Of a stretch of 56,880 nt of DNA, positions 28,161-37,839 are shown piece by piece (the stretch's first letter is position 1; each line of letters begins with the position of its first letter). The DNA is from an uncultured Candidatus Saccharibacteria bacterium (GTDB lineage: Bacteria; Patescibacteriota; Minisyncoccia; Phycocordibacterales; Phycocordibacteraceae), in contig CAZCLC010000002.1 in NCBI GenBank assembly GCA_964499455.1, positions 1 to 56,880 on the forward strand, written 5' to 3'. Made by a program: the position numbers and the translations under genes. The notes under the pieces are model-generated. The model made no database searches. It had not been told where the DNA came from and saw only the letters and a list, made by a program, of their open reading frames with translations.

Positions 28161-29072
28161 TTATTTCAAGAAATATAAAAATAACGCCATCCGTACATAA
28201 AGCCCGTTTTTTGCTTGTCTAAAATAAGCAACTTTAGCATCTGTTTCTTCAATGTTTTCTGAAAGATCTATTTCACTAACATGTGGCAATGGGTGTAGTA
28301 ATCTGGCACTATTCTTTAACAAAGCTAAGTTTTCTTCAGTAATTTTGTACATTTCTTTTGCCTTATTGTATTCACCATTAGACATTCTTTCCTTTTGAAT
28401 TCGTGTCATATACACAACATCAGCTTTCGGTAAGTATTTATCCAAGTCAATTTGCTCATCGAATTGGATACTGTGTTTTTTCAAGTAATCTTTTATATCA
28501 TCTTTAATTGAAAGATGTTTAGGAGAAATAAATATAATTTTTATATTTTTGAATTTTCCTAATAAATAACAAAGAGACCTAACCGTTCGTCCATATTTTA
28601 AATCTCCTACCATTAGAATTGTAAGATTATCCAACCTACCGATTTCTTTCCATATAGTATATAAATCTAAAAGCGCTTGAGTTGGGTGCTGTCCAGAACC
28701 ATCACCAGCATTAATCACAGGCACGGAACTTACAGAAGCTGCTATCTTAGACGAACCTTCTTTAAAATGTCTTAATACAATAATATCTGCGTAAGATGAA
28801 ATGATTTTTATAGTATCTTGCAATGATTCTCCTTTTGAAACAGATGAGAATTCTCTTGCGTTTTCAGTACCGATAACATTACCGCCCAGTCTTAACATTG
28901 CTGATTCAAAACTAAGACGAGTTCTTGTACTTGGTTCATAAAAAATCGCAGCTAAAATTTTTCCATCAAGCGTATCTTTTATTGAAATTTTTAATTCATC
29001 AGCCTTTTTAAAAATAGAAAAAATCGTTTCTGTATCTAACTGTTGTGATTCTGTTAAATGATTGATTTTCAT
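28161..29072 (-). CDS. pyrB: Aspartate carbamoyltransferase catalytic subunit
   Basis: STRTR, HPTQ and HPLP(H) motifs and a 303-aa length support the call. The HPLP motif favours ATCase over OTCase. Confidence 0.88.
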   Translation of the reverse strand: MKINHLTESQQLDTETIFSIFKKADELKISIKDTLDGKILAAIFYEPSTRTRLSFESAMLRLGGNVIGTENAREFSSVSKGESLQDTIKIISSYADIIVLRHFKEGSSKIAASVSSVPVINAGDGSGQHPTQALLDLYTIWKEIGRLDNLTILMVGDLKYGRTVRSLCYLLGKFKNIKIIFISPKHLSIKDDIKDYLKKHSIQFDEQIDLDKYLPKADVVYMTRIQKERMSNGEYNKAKEMYKITEENLALLKNSARLLHPLPHVSEIDLSENIEETDAKVAYFRQAKNGLYVRMALFLYFLK

Positions 29073-29299
29073 AATAAAAATATTTTAGATACTATTATTT
29101 ATAACTAATATAAAGATTAACATTTTTATAAAAATGTCTTAAGTTTTATATCCACAAATACTCTTGATAAACATATAACAAGAACTATTAAAACAAATAT
29201 ATACATTTTAAAGACAATTAATGTATATATTGACAATATACTGGTTATGTCTTATCATCTTATGAGACTATATAAAAAAATAGTAACATACTTAGTACG

Positions 29300-29949
29300 T
29301 ATGATATATGCCTGTAAAGCGATATATGAACGTAAATGGACATTTATGACTCTTTCTGGTTGTCGTATTTCTTGTTATATGCGTATCGCTTACGTTTGCT
29401 GGATTTACCGGATATGCACAGAAAGGTATCACACAGTACAAATATCGTCCAGATTGTGGCACTGACTGTAATATTTATATCAGAAATTATTCAGAGATCA
29501 CATACTGAATATCCTGTAAAAATTACTATTCCATCAATTAAAATGTCAGTTTCCATTAAAAATCTAAGTACTACAAATGTAAAGATTATGGATGAGGCGT
29601 TATTATCTGGAGTTGTACGATATCCTCACTCAGCATTACTTGGTTAACAAGGAAATATTATTTTATTTGATCATTCAAGTTATTTGCCTGTTGTATTTAA
29701 TCAAGCATATAAAACGTTTGATGGTATTCAAAATCTTCATAAAGATGCACTCGTACTCGCATATTCATCTACTACTGTGTATGAATATGCGGTGGATTCT
29801 GTGGAGAAAAAAATATAACTACCGGTTATATTGCTCTTTTAGTATCTGGAAAAATGCTGACGCTTGCCACGTGTAATGTGTTTGGTAAAAAAAGTGATCG
29901 GTTTATAGTGACGGCACATTTTGTGAAAAGTTATCTGATTGGGAAATAA
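29300..29949 (+). pseudogene. Sortase-family transpeptidase pseudogene (multiple frame disruptions)
   Basis: The pieces lie in different frames. The TM anchor LFLVVVFLVICVSLTFAGFTGYAQ is in frame 1. The block ITIPSIKMSV...LLSGVVRYPHSALLG is in frame 2 and ends at an in-frame TAA (29645). It continues as QGNIILFDHSS...VYEYAVDSVEKK, then shifts frame inside an A7 run (29807-29813). The last piece, KMLTLATCNVFGKKSDRFIVTAHFV, carries the catalytic TLxTC Cys and the Arg. Confidence 0.75.
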
Positions 29950-30017
29950 TTCCTAATTGGATAACTCTCCGCAATTGAGGTGGAGGGAGTTATTTGAGAT
30001 TAAAAAAATAGGAGGTA

Positions 30018-30362
30018 ATGATGCGTATATTTTCTCAACAAGTGAAAGATGATCTTGGAATAATTTGGAGTTTGTACAAATTGTACAAAGTAGAAATTAT
30101 AATGAAGATACTTATATTTTTAATTATAAGTATTCTTATTGTAATGTTTTTGATGATTATGAAACCCAGTGTACACGCAACTGGATTTCAATGGCGCCAT
30201 TTCGGTGCTGCGCCATTTGCAAAAACGGGTACGGTTGCAATACAAAAGCGCCACTTGGCGTTCCAGTTCCTGCCGCTGGGCATTCAGCCTGGTGTGGCAA
30301 CATTGATTTTTGTCGCGACCAATAAGCCGGGGGCGCACGTCTTGGTGCGATTACTGATATAG
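30018..30362 (+). CDS. Hypothetical single-pass membrane protein (114 aa); coding frame uncertain in the GC-rich 3' half
   Basis: A perfect SD AGGAGGT lies at 30009-30015. There is an internal TM or signal-like segment MKILIFLIISILIVMFLMIMKPSVHA. The 3' half is markedly GC-richer than its surroundings and has an alternative Cys-rich frame (30065-30325). Confidence 0.4.
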   Translation: MMRIFSQQVKDDLGIIWSLYKLYKVEIIMKILIFLIISILIVMFLMIMKPSVHATGFQWRHFGAAPFAKTGTVAIQKRHLAFQFLPLGIQPGVATLIFVATNKPGAHVLVRLLI

Positions 30363-30405
30363 TCGTCTATATAAGATATTCTTTTATTGGTTTAGAAATT
30401 TAATT

Positions 30406-30447
30406 GGGTTTGTAGTTTAGCAACGCGCTTGCTACAGACCCTTTTTT
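30406..30447 (+). terminator. Rho-independent terminator
   Basis: GGGTtTGTAG..GCAAcgcgcTTGC-TACAgACCC is an imperfect stem followed by TTTTTT. Confidence 0.7.
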
Positions 30448-30463
30448 ATACAACAGTCAAAAA

Positions 30464-32167
30464 ATGAAACAAATAATATCAATATATATGCAAAAAAATC
30501 TGATTTTTATCTGTATCGTTGTAATTGGCATCACACTTTTATTTGGCGCTATAATTGCATTTGCCACTGGAGCTAATATCCCAACATATGTACATGCACA
30601 AGTAGCTTCACCATGTTGTACACTTTCACCACCACCATCATCTCTACCACTTCCTTTACCTACACCGCTGCCGACTTATTTTATCTCAACGAGTCTACCA
30701 CCAGTGACAATATGCACACTTTCTGCTTCTCCAGCAAGTACGGTAAATGGAGCATTATATGAACTCTCATTGATAACTTCCGATGCTATATCTTTCAGTG
30801 TTGATAACGGAATAGGAACACAATCATCAATATCAAATGGTTCTGTTTTTATTTCTCCAATAGATACAACTACATATAAAGGTACAGTAACTATAAACGG
30901 AGGTACTGCCGTATGTAAGACAACAGTAACAATCAATCATAGTGGCGGTAGTAGCGGTAGTTCATCATATCTACTTACAATTATGCCTAAGACCATTTCA
31001 TCAGGAGGAAAAGCAACACTTTCATGGGGAGGAAATGCTATTTCAGATGTATTTATTAATAACGGAATTGGCACAATAACAAGTATCACTGGTTCAACTG
31101 ATATATCACCAACAATTGGTACACATAATTATATTGGTACTTTCACTATGTTTAGTGGTCAAAAGCTAACTTGCTCATCAACACTTACAGTAAATAGTGG
31201 AGGAGGTACACAACCACCAATTGTAACTCTTACAATTCTACACAAACCTACGATTTTGCATCCTCTTGCATTGGTATATTTATCACAAATTCCATATACC
31301 GGACTTGATTTTGGTACAATTGGCACAATCATCTATTGGTTAATACTTACTGTGTTTAGCGTTGTAATAGCATATATACTTCTTTTTATTGCCATACCAT
31401 TTTTAAAACATAAAGAACAAACGTTTGGCACTTATATGAATGCACTTCTTAATGTTCCATCAACACAACAGTATTCATCTACACAAGAAAAATTATCAGA
31501 ATCATCACATATACAATCTATGAAAGAAAATATTAATTCTTCAACAGCACAAAAACAATATTCATCGTATAATGGTTTTAAATCATTTTCGCAATCAGAT
31601 ACACTTTCCGTAAAAGACATAGTACAAGGTCTTTCTCATGAAAAACAAAATAATATAGATACCACAACAGCATCACAACAAGTACCACAAGTACCACAAG
31701 TACCGATACCAATATCGGGTATAATATCAAGACAGACTATGATTCATTCAAAAGAAAAACAACAGGACACACCATCTGTAATAGCACCTACTGTAGACGA
31801 AACGAAACAGTTGGCAAAGGATGAAACATTACCAATAAATTCAGCTTTCACACGAGGATTTCTTTCATCATTATTAGAAGGAGACCGCGCAGCAGTATTT
31901 GCCGCTCTTCGGCAAGTATCACGAGGAGGAGGAAGTGTTTCTGTTTTTCTTTCAGATGTAACCTGTATGCTTGATGATGCGTATCGTGCACGTATTGATG
32001 GAACAGATTGTGATGAAGATATCGTTCGTTTGGTAGCAAAATATCAAACACCTGTACTTGAGGGATTGATTTCTGCACTCGCAACAGCAATTGATTCAAG
32101 TTATTCTTCAGATATTACAGCAGCTAAAATTGCTATTGTTCATGCACTCGCGTGTATTGGTGCATAG
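30464..32167 (+). CDS. Membrane protein with two extracellular Ig-like repeats, an internal IPYTG+TM segment and a cytoplasmic C-terminal domain
   Basis: N-terminal TM or signal segment, then a Pro-rich linker (PPPSSLPLPLPTPLP). Two ~75-aa repeats each end in a Cys motif (..AVCKTTVTIN and ..LTCSSTLTVN). Next come LSQIPYTGLDFG, a TM helix and KHK, and then a ~250-aa soluble tail. Confidence 0.6.
   Translation: MKQIISIYMQKNLIFICIVVIGITLLFGAIIAFATGANIPTYVHAQVASPCCTLSPPPSSLPLPLPTPLPTYFISTSLPPVTICTLSASPASTVNGALYELSLITSDAISFSVDNGIGTQSSISNGSVFISPIDTTTYKGTVTINGGTAVCKTTVTINHSGGSSGSSSYLLTIMPKTISSGGKATLSWGGNAISDVFINNGIGTITSITGSTDISPTIGTHNYIGTFTMFSGQKLTCSSTLTVNSGGGTQPPIVTLTILHKPTILHPLALVYLSQIPYTGLDFGTIGTIIYWLILTVFSVVIAYILLFIAIPFLKHKEQTFGTYMNALLNVPSTQQYSSTQEKLSESSHIQSMKENINSSTAQKQYSSYNGFKSFSQSDTLSVKDIVQGLSHEKQNNIDTTTASQQVPQVPQVPIPISGIISRQTMIHSKEKQQDTPSVIAPTVDETKQLAKDETLPINSAFTRGFLSSLLEGDRAAVFAALRQVSRGGGSVSVFLSDVTCMLDDAYRARIDGTDCDEDIVRLVAKYQTPVLEGLISALATAIDSSYSSDITAAKIAIVHALACIGA
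31679..31705 (+). repeat. 9-nt tandem repeat x3 (encodes QVPQVPQVP)
   Basis: caagtacca caagtacca caagtaccg, inside the 30464-32167 CDS. Confidence 0.9.
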
Positions 32168-32250
32168 TACTCATAATAGAATATTTATATAAACTAAATT
32201 ACATTATGACAATTAGATTAGTCGTTATGTAGTTTATTATACTTTTCAAA

Positions 32251-33996
32251 CTATGTTCGTTCTTTAATTTCTTCAACAATACGCTCAATAAAAGCATTAG
32301 TTGTTATTGCACCAATTGTATTATTATCACGACTTTCTACTGAAACAGTATTACTATTTACTTCTTTTTCACCGACAACAAGTAAATATGGAATTTTTTC
32401 TGTTTTTGCACGGCGTATCTTTTTACCAAGAGATTCATCTGCAGAGTCTATTTCAACACGTATATCTGCATTAGAGAGTTCTGTATATACTTTTTGAGCG
32501 TAGGATATATATTTTTCTGAGATTGGTAATATTCGTACTTGTACAGGTGACATCCATACTGGGAATATACCAGCATAATGTTCAATAAGCATACCCATAA
32601 ACCTGTCAGGAGATCCAATAAGTGCACGATGAATCATAACTGGTGTTTTTTCTGTTCCATCACTATCAACATAGGTTAATTTAAAACGATTTGGCATATT
32701 AAAATCAAGCTGAACCGTTGAGATCTGCCATTCACGACCAATTGCATCAATTGCCATGATATCAATCTTAGGTCCATAAAAAGCAGCTTCACCTGTAGCT
32801 TCTTTATAATGTATTTTTTTCTTATCAAGAAGAGTATGCATTATAGCTTCTGAATTGTTCCATACTTTATCATCCCCGATATATTTTTGTTTCTGCATTG
32901 GATTATGAAGTGACAAACGCATCCAATATTCAATTTTGTAAACACGAAGCATTTCTTGTATTGCCGTAAGAATATGATCAATTTCTTCTTCTACCTGATC
33001 TTCACGACAGAATATATGACCATCGTCCTGTGAAAAAGCACGAAGGCGAGTTAATCCTGAAAGTTCACCTGGTCGTTCATCACGATATAATGTTGCAAAA
33101 TCTGCAAATCTAATCGGTAAATCACGATAACTGTGTGGCATAGCGGCATAAATTTGTGTATGTTGAGGACAGTTCATAGGCTTTAGAAACATCTCATCAT
33201 CAACATACTGACTTTTTACAGTGAGCATATCCTTTTTATATTTATCGTAATGACCTGATATCTTAAATAATTCACCTTTATTTATATTTGGTGTATGCAC
33301 TTCACCAAACCCAAGTCGTGTGTTCATTTCTCGTGAAAAACGAATAATTTCAGAACGGATAATATTTCCTTTTGGAGTAAATAATGGCATACCAACACCA
33401 ACTAAATCAGAAAAAACAAAAAGTCCTTGCTTCTTTCCAATTTTTCTATGGTCGCGCTTCTTTGCTTCTTCATACGACATATAATATGCGTCAAGATCTT
33501 TCTTCGTGTTAAACGCAAGACCATATATACGTGTTAACATAGGTTTTTTTTCATTACCTCGCCAATATGCACCGGCTATATGATCAAGAGCAAAAGAATC
33601 AGGAATAATTTCTTTTGCTGGATTCTTGGAATGTTCTCCGCGGCATAAGTCAGTAAAATCACTGGCAGTATAGAAAGTGATTTTTTCATCTTTATTGATT
33701 ATTTCATTAATAAGCTCTAATTTGAACGGGTTATCTTTAAAATAATCAAGTGCATCTTTTTTTGATTTTTCGGTAAATGTCATTTCTGTCCATGTGGAAA
33801 GTAATTTGCGCATCATATCTTCAATAGTAGATAAGTCGGATTTACCAGGTGTATCACCATCTGAGAAATCAAAATCATAATAAAAACCATTATCAATTGG
33901 AGGACCAAGAGTTGGTCTTGCATACGGGTATAACTTAAGAACAGCTGCTGCGAGTAGATGTGCAAGAGTATGCCGTTTAGCCTTAATAGTATTCAT
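32251..33996 (-). CDS. thrS: Threonine--tRNA ligase (no N-terminal TGS domain)
   Basis: Editing-domain start RHTLAHLLAAAV. Class II core (FRDE.PGELSGLTRLRAFSQDDGHIF) and an anticodon-binding C-terminus. The ATG at 33996 (MNTIKAK) is preferred over the track start at 34038. Confidence 0.93.
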   Translation of the reverse strand: MNTIKAKRHTLAHLLAAAVLKLYPYARPTLGPPIDNGFYYDFDFSDGDTPGKSDLSTIEDMMRKLLSTWTEMTFTEKSKKDALDYFKDNPFKLELINEIINKDEKITFYTASDFTDLCRGEHSKNPAKEIIPDSFALDHIAGAYWRGNEKKPMLTRIYGLAFNTKKDLDAYYMSYEEAKKRDHRKIGKKQGLFVFSDLVGVGMPLFTPKGNIIRSEIIRFSREMNTRLGFGEVHTPNINKGELFKISGHYDKYKKDMLTVKSQYVDDEMFLKPMNCPQHTQIYAAMPHSYRDLPIRFADFATLYRDERPGELSGLTRLRAFSQDDGHIFCREDQVEEEIDHILTAIQEMLRVYKIEYWMRLSLHNPMQKQKYIGDDKVWNNSEAIMHTLLDKKKIHYKEATGEAAFYGPKIDIMAIDAIGREWQISTVQLDFNMPNRFKLTYVDSDGTEKTPVMIHRALIGSPDRFMGMLIEHYAGIFPVWMSPVQVRILPISEKYISYAQKVYTELSNADIRVEIDSADESLGKKIRRAKTEKIPYLLVVGEKEVNSNTVSVESRDNNTIGAITTNAFIERIVEEIKERT

Positions 33997-34047
33997 ATTA
34001 GATGAGTATACCACCAAATAATAGAGTGTGTAGTACAACCACCCGCT

Positions 34048-37000
34048 TTATTTTTTCGGTTCCTCCATTCTTTTTATACCGTCTATATTGAGTGACACTT
34101 CACCATTTCTATTTGATACATTTCCTTTTACCAGCAAACATATTCCTGGTTGCACATCATTACTATATTCTTTAAGAAGTTTTGGGAATAATACGGCTTC
34201 TATAGACCCTGTTTTATCTTCAAAACGTGCAAACGCCATCTTTTCTCCTTTTTTTGTGAGTATAGTACGTATTTCGTTTACTAATACTGGAATAATAATT
34301 GGCATACCTGGCTGTGGATTAGTACATATATCATTAATTGTAATCTTAGATTTCGCAACAATAGTAGCGTGGGCATCAAGTGGATATCCAGATACATAGA
34401 TGCCGAGCAATTCTTTTTCCCATCTTAATTTCTCGGAAAATGAAATGTTTATCGCCGGTTGTGTCATTGTTAGTGTAGGGGCCAGTGTTTGTGCGCTAAA
34501 TAATGCGTTTTGTGGCATTTTTTTTGTTGATTCTCTGTGAAAAGTCAGAAGGGTTTCCATATTTGCAAGAAGAAGTCCGCGATCGCCAAATGAATCAAGA
34601 GCACCTGATTTTATAAGTGCTTCCATAGATTTCCGTGTTAAGCTTTTTTCTTCAATACGTGAGAGAAAATCTATAAGTGATTTGTATGAACCATGAGCCG
34701 TTCGTTCAGCTAATATAGCCTCACTGATTCCATCACCGAAATTTTTAATAGATGAAAGCCCGAAGCGTATTGCTTTGTCGTGGGTGATTACGGATATATC
34801 AGATGGTGCATCTACTACTGTGAAGATAGTATCACTTTCATTTATGTCAGGCGGTAGGACAGAAATACCAAGACGTGTACATTCAGCAACAAATATAGCT
34901 ACTTTTTCAACATCACCTGCGTCAGCTGTAAGTAGGGCAGTCATATATTCAACTGTATAGTTTGCTTTTAGATATGCTGTTTGATAAGCAACACGTCCAT
35001 AACTTGCAGCATGTGCTTTATTGAATCCATATGCTTGAAATGGTTCAAATAGTTTCCATAATTTGTTAGCAAAATCTTCCGTTTGCCCATTTGTAACGAT
35101 ACCTTTGGTAAATTTTTCTTTCTGTGCAGCCATTTCTTTTGGTTTCTTTTTCCCAATTGCTTTTCGGAATTTATCAACCTCACCCCATGTATATCCAGCT
35201 AAATATACAGCAGAATATAATAAATCATCCTGGTATACCAAAAGTCCATATGATTCTTTTAAATATATTTCCATCCTTGGGTCCAAATATTTTATGAGGT
35301 TTGGGTTATTTTTACGTTCAATATACGCTGGTATAACTTCCATTGGTCCGGGGCGGTAAAGTGCAACCATTGCATTGATATCGTGAATAGTTGTCGGTTT
35401 AAGATCTTTGAGCCAGTGTGTAATACCTGAACCGCTGAGCTGAAAGACTCCCTCGGTCTCACCACGCGCTAACATTTCAAATGTTTTTTTGTCATCTATA
35501 GGAATCTTTTCTATATCAATTGTAGTAGTTGTATCTTTATTTATGTGTTTAACAGTATCTGCAAGTATAGACAAATTTTTTATACCAAGAAAATCAAATT
35601 TTAATAATCCAATGCCACCATATTCATCAATGATAGAGTACATATCATATTGAGTGATTAATTTTCCACCTTTTGGATCTAGTTGCATAGGAGTCCATTC
35701 AATAAGTGGAGTTGGTGCAATTACTACACCTGCTGCATGCACACCGACATGACGGACACATCCCTCAATTCGTTTAGCAATATTAATTATATAATGCACA
35801 TCTTCATCATTATCGTAATTTTCTTTCAGCTCTGGCTCAAGCTCAAGTGCATGATTTATAGTCATTGGAAAACCTTGTGAACCAAGCGGAATAAGTTTCG
35901 CAATACGATCCCCAACACTATATGGATGTCCGAGTGCTCTTGCCACGTCACGTACTGCCGCACGTGCCATCATAGTTCCAAATGTACCGATTTGAGTTAC
36001 TTTGTCTTTGCCATAGTGTTTTTTTGCATATTCAATCATTTCATCACGGCGATTATCGGCGATATCCATATCAATATCTGGTGCTTTTGGTCGTTCAGGA
36101 TTGAGAAATCGCTCAAACGGCAATTTATAAAAGATAGGATCAATATTTGATATACCTATTAGATAACTGACTAATGATCCCGCAGCTGAACCACGTGTAG
36201 TAGTGAGAATGTCTGATCTTTTTGCAAATAACAGGAGATCTGCAACAGCAAGAAAATAAGGTGCAAAACCTTTTTTATTGATAATTGATAACTCGTATTC
36301 AATACGATCTATAATCTCTTTCGTTTGTGAAAGATTTCTGGTAACAATACCTGCATACGTTTTTGCTTTCAATTCTTGAACATGATCTTTATACTGTGGA
36401 TCTACTGGGACATCAGGAAAGATCCATGAACCTAAATCAAGTGATACATTACATCTATTTGCAATATCACCAGAACGGAAAACTGTGTCTGGAATTTCTT
36501 TAAAATATTTAAGCATTTGTTTTTCATTAGTAAATGAAAAGTCTTCGTCCTCATGATATCCATGTTCCCCATGTTGTATACGTCGCATAATTTCTGTCGG
36601 TTCTCTATCATCTGGAGAAATATAATACACATCATGTTGTGCTATTACTGGAACACCGCTTTGTTGCGAGAGCGCAACAATTTGTTTCATTACATTACTG
36701 TGACCTTTAACTTTTGGATGATGTGATATTTCAAGGAATACATTATCATGACCGAAAATATTTTTATATTCATCAAGCGCTGCCGCCGCTCCATCATTAT
36801 CATTTGTTCTGATGAGTTGTGCTACATTTCCTGCAAAAGAAGGTATAAGAGCAATAAGTCCATCTTTTTTTTCATTGAGTAATTCACGATCAATACGAGA
36901 GCGTTCAAAAAAACCTTCAAGATACGATTTAGTAACTAATGAAAGTAGATTTTTATATCCGATATTATTTTCTGCAAGGAGAACAATGCGTGATCGTTTT

Positions 37001-37254
37001 GTGTCAACTAATGGATCTTTTTGAAAGCGAGAGCGTGGCGCAACGTATAAATCTACACCAATAATCGGCTTAATTCCTTTTTTTGTCGCATACTTATAAA
37101 ATTCAATCGCACCATGCATATTTTCTGCATCTGTAAGAGCGATTGCACCCATTTCTTGTTCGCGTGCTGCCTGCACAAGCTCTGGTATTTTCGGAAGCGC
37201 TTGTAAAAAAGAAAAGTGGCTATGAGTGTGTAAATGGATAAATCTACTTGCCAT
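34048..37254 (-). CDS. dnaE: DNA polymerase III alpha subunit
   Basis: PHP domain FIHLHTHSHFSFL, polymerase core (GLLKFDFLG, PDIDMD) and a C-terminal OB fold. Length 1068 aa. Confidence 0.95.
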   Translation of the reverse strand: MASRFIHLHTHSHFSFLQALPKIPELVQAAREQEMGAIALTDAENMHGAIEFYKYATKKGIKPIIGVDLYVAPRSRFQKDPLVDTKRSRIVLLAENNIGYKNLLSLVTKSYLEGFFERSRIDRELLNEKKDGLIALIPSFAGNVAQLIRTNDNDGAAAALDEYKNIFGHDNVFLEISHHPKVKGHSNVMKQIVALSQQSGVPVIAQHDVYYISPDDREPTEIMRRIQHGEHGYHEDEDFSFTNEKQMLKYFKEIPDTVFRSGDIANRCNVSLDLGSWIFPDVPVDPQYKDHVQELKAKTYAGIVTRNLSQTKEIIDRIEYELSIINKKGFAPYFLAVADLLLFAKRSDILTTTRGSAAGSLVSYLIGISNIDPIFYKLPFERFLNPERPKAPDIDMDIADNRRDEMIEYAKKHYGKDKVTQIGTFGTMMARAAVRDVARALGHPYSVGDRIAKLIPLGSQGFPMTINHALELEPELKENYDNDEDVHYIINIAKRIEGCVRHVGVHAAGVVIAPTPLIEWTPMQLDPKGGKLITQYDMYSIIDEYGGIGLLKFDFLGIKNLSILADTVKHINKDTTTTIDIEKIPIDDKKTFEMLARGETEGVFQLSGSGITHWLKDLKPTTIHDINAMVALYRPGPMEVIPAYIERKNNPNLIKYLDPRMEIYLKESYGLLVYQDDLLYSAVYLAGYTWGEVDKFRKAIGKKKPKEMAAQKEKFTKGIVTNGQTEDFANKLWKLFEPFQAYGFNKAHAASYGRVAYQTAYLKANYTVEYMTALLTADAGDVEKVAIFVAECTRLGISVLPPDINESDTIFTVVDAPSDISVITHDKAIRFGLSSIKNFGDGISEAILAERTAHGSYKSLIDFLSRIEEKSLTRKSMEALIKSGALDSFGDRGLLLANMETLLTFHRESTKKMPQNALFSAQTLAPTLTMTQPAINISFSEKLRWEKELLGIYVSGYPLDAHATIVAKSKITINDICTNPQPGMPIIIPVLVNEIRTILTKKGEKMAFARFEDKTGSIEAVLFPKLLKEYSNDVQPGICLLVKGNVSNRNGEVSLNIDGIKRMEEPKK

Positions 37255-37506
37255 ATATACAGCATACCAAATTATTTGATCCTTTAGTTTTAATAAGTAA
37301 ATATAAGGCGCAAAACCTCATTAATACAACATCTATTTTTGAATTTATACTAAAAAAGTTACCGTATTTATTTGTAATGTTATAATTATAAACGGTATTA
37401 CAATATCAAATTAAGAAATACCATTATTAATTTTAGCAGGTAATTTACAAGAGATATCAAGAGATATTTTTTTGTAAGTTACTTATTACGTAAACATATA
37501 ATATTT

Positions 37507-37839
37507 ATGCATTTTCATTTAGGACTTAAACATAAACTTATGCGACGGGAAAGTGGGATCACAATTGAAGGGAATCACAGCTATATCGCATTCCTTGATA
37601 AATTAACATTATTTGCCGGTATTGCAGGACCATTTACAGTCATACCGCAAATTTATAAAATATTCAGCACACATGATGCATCTGGAGTATCTGCTACCGC
37701 ATGGGCCCTTTTATTTATTGTTACACTTCCATGGATTTTTTATGGAATCGCTCATAAAGACAAAGCAATTATTTATAGTTTTATATTATGGGAATTTGCG
37801 AATGTTCTTGTTTTTGTAGGTGCACTTCTATATTCGTAA
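37507..37839 (+). CDS. PQ-loop / SemiSWEET-like 3-TM protein
   Basis: Three TM helices with a PQ motif in TM1 (FTVIPQIYKIFSTHDASGVS). Length 110 aa. Confidence 0.6.
   Translation: MHFHLGLKHKLMRRESGITIEGNHSYIAFLDKLTLFAGIAGPFTVIPQIYKIFSTHDASGVSATAWALLFIVTLPWIFYGIAHKDKAIIYSFILWEFANVLVFVGALLYS

Noticed and set aside
29247-29876. Three overlapping ORFs (29247, 29336, 29592) as separate hypothetical genes
   Set aside because: Together with the unlisted frame at 29818-29949 they are better explained as fragments and shadow frames of one disrupted sortase gene.
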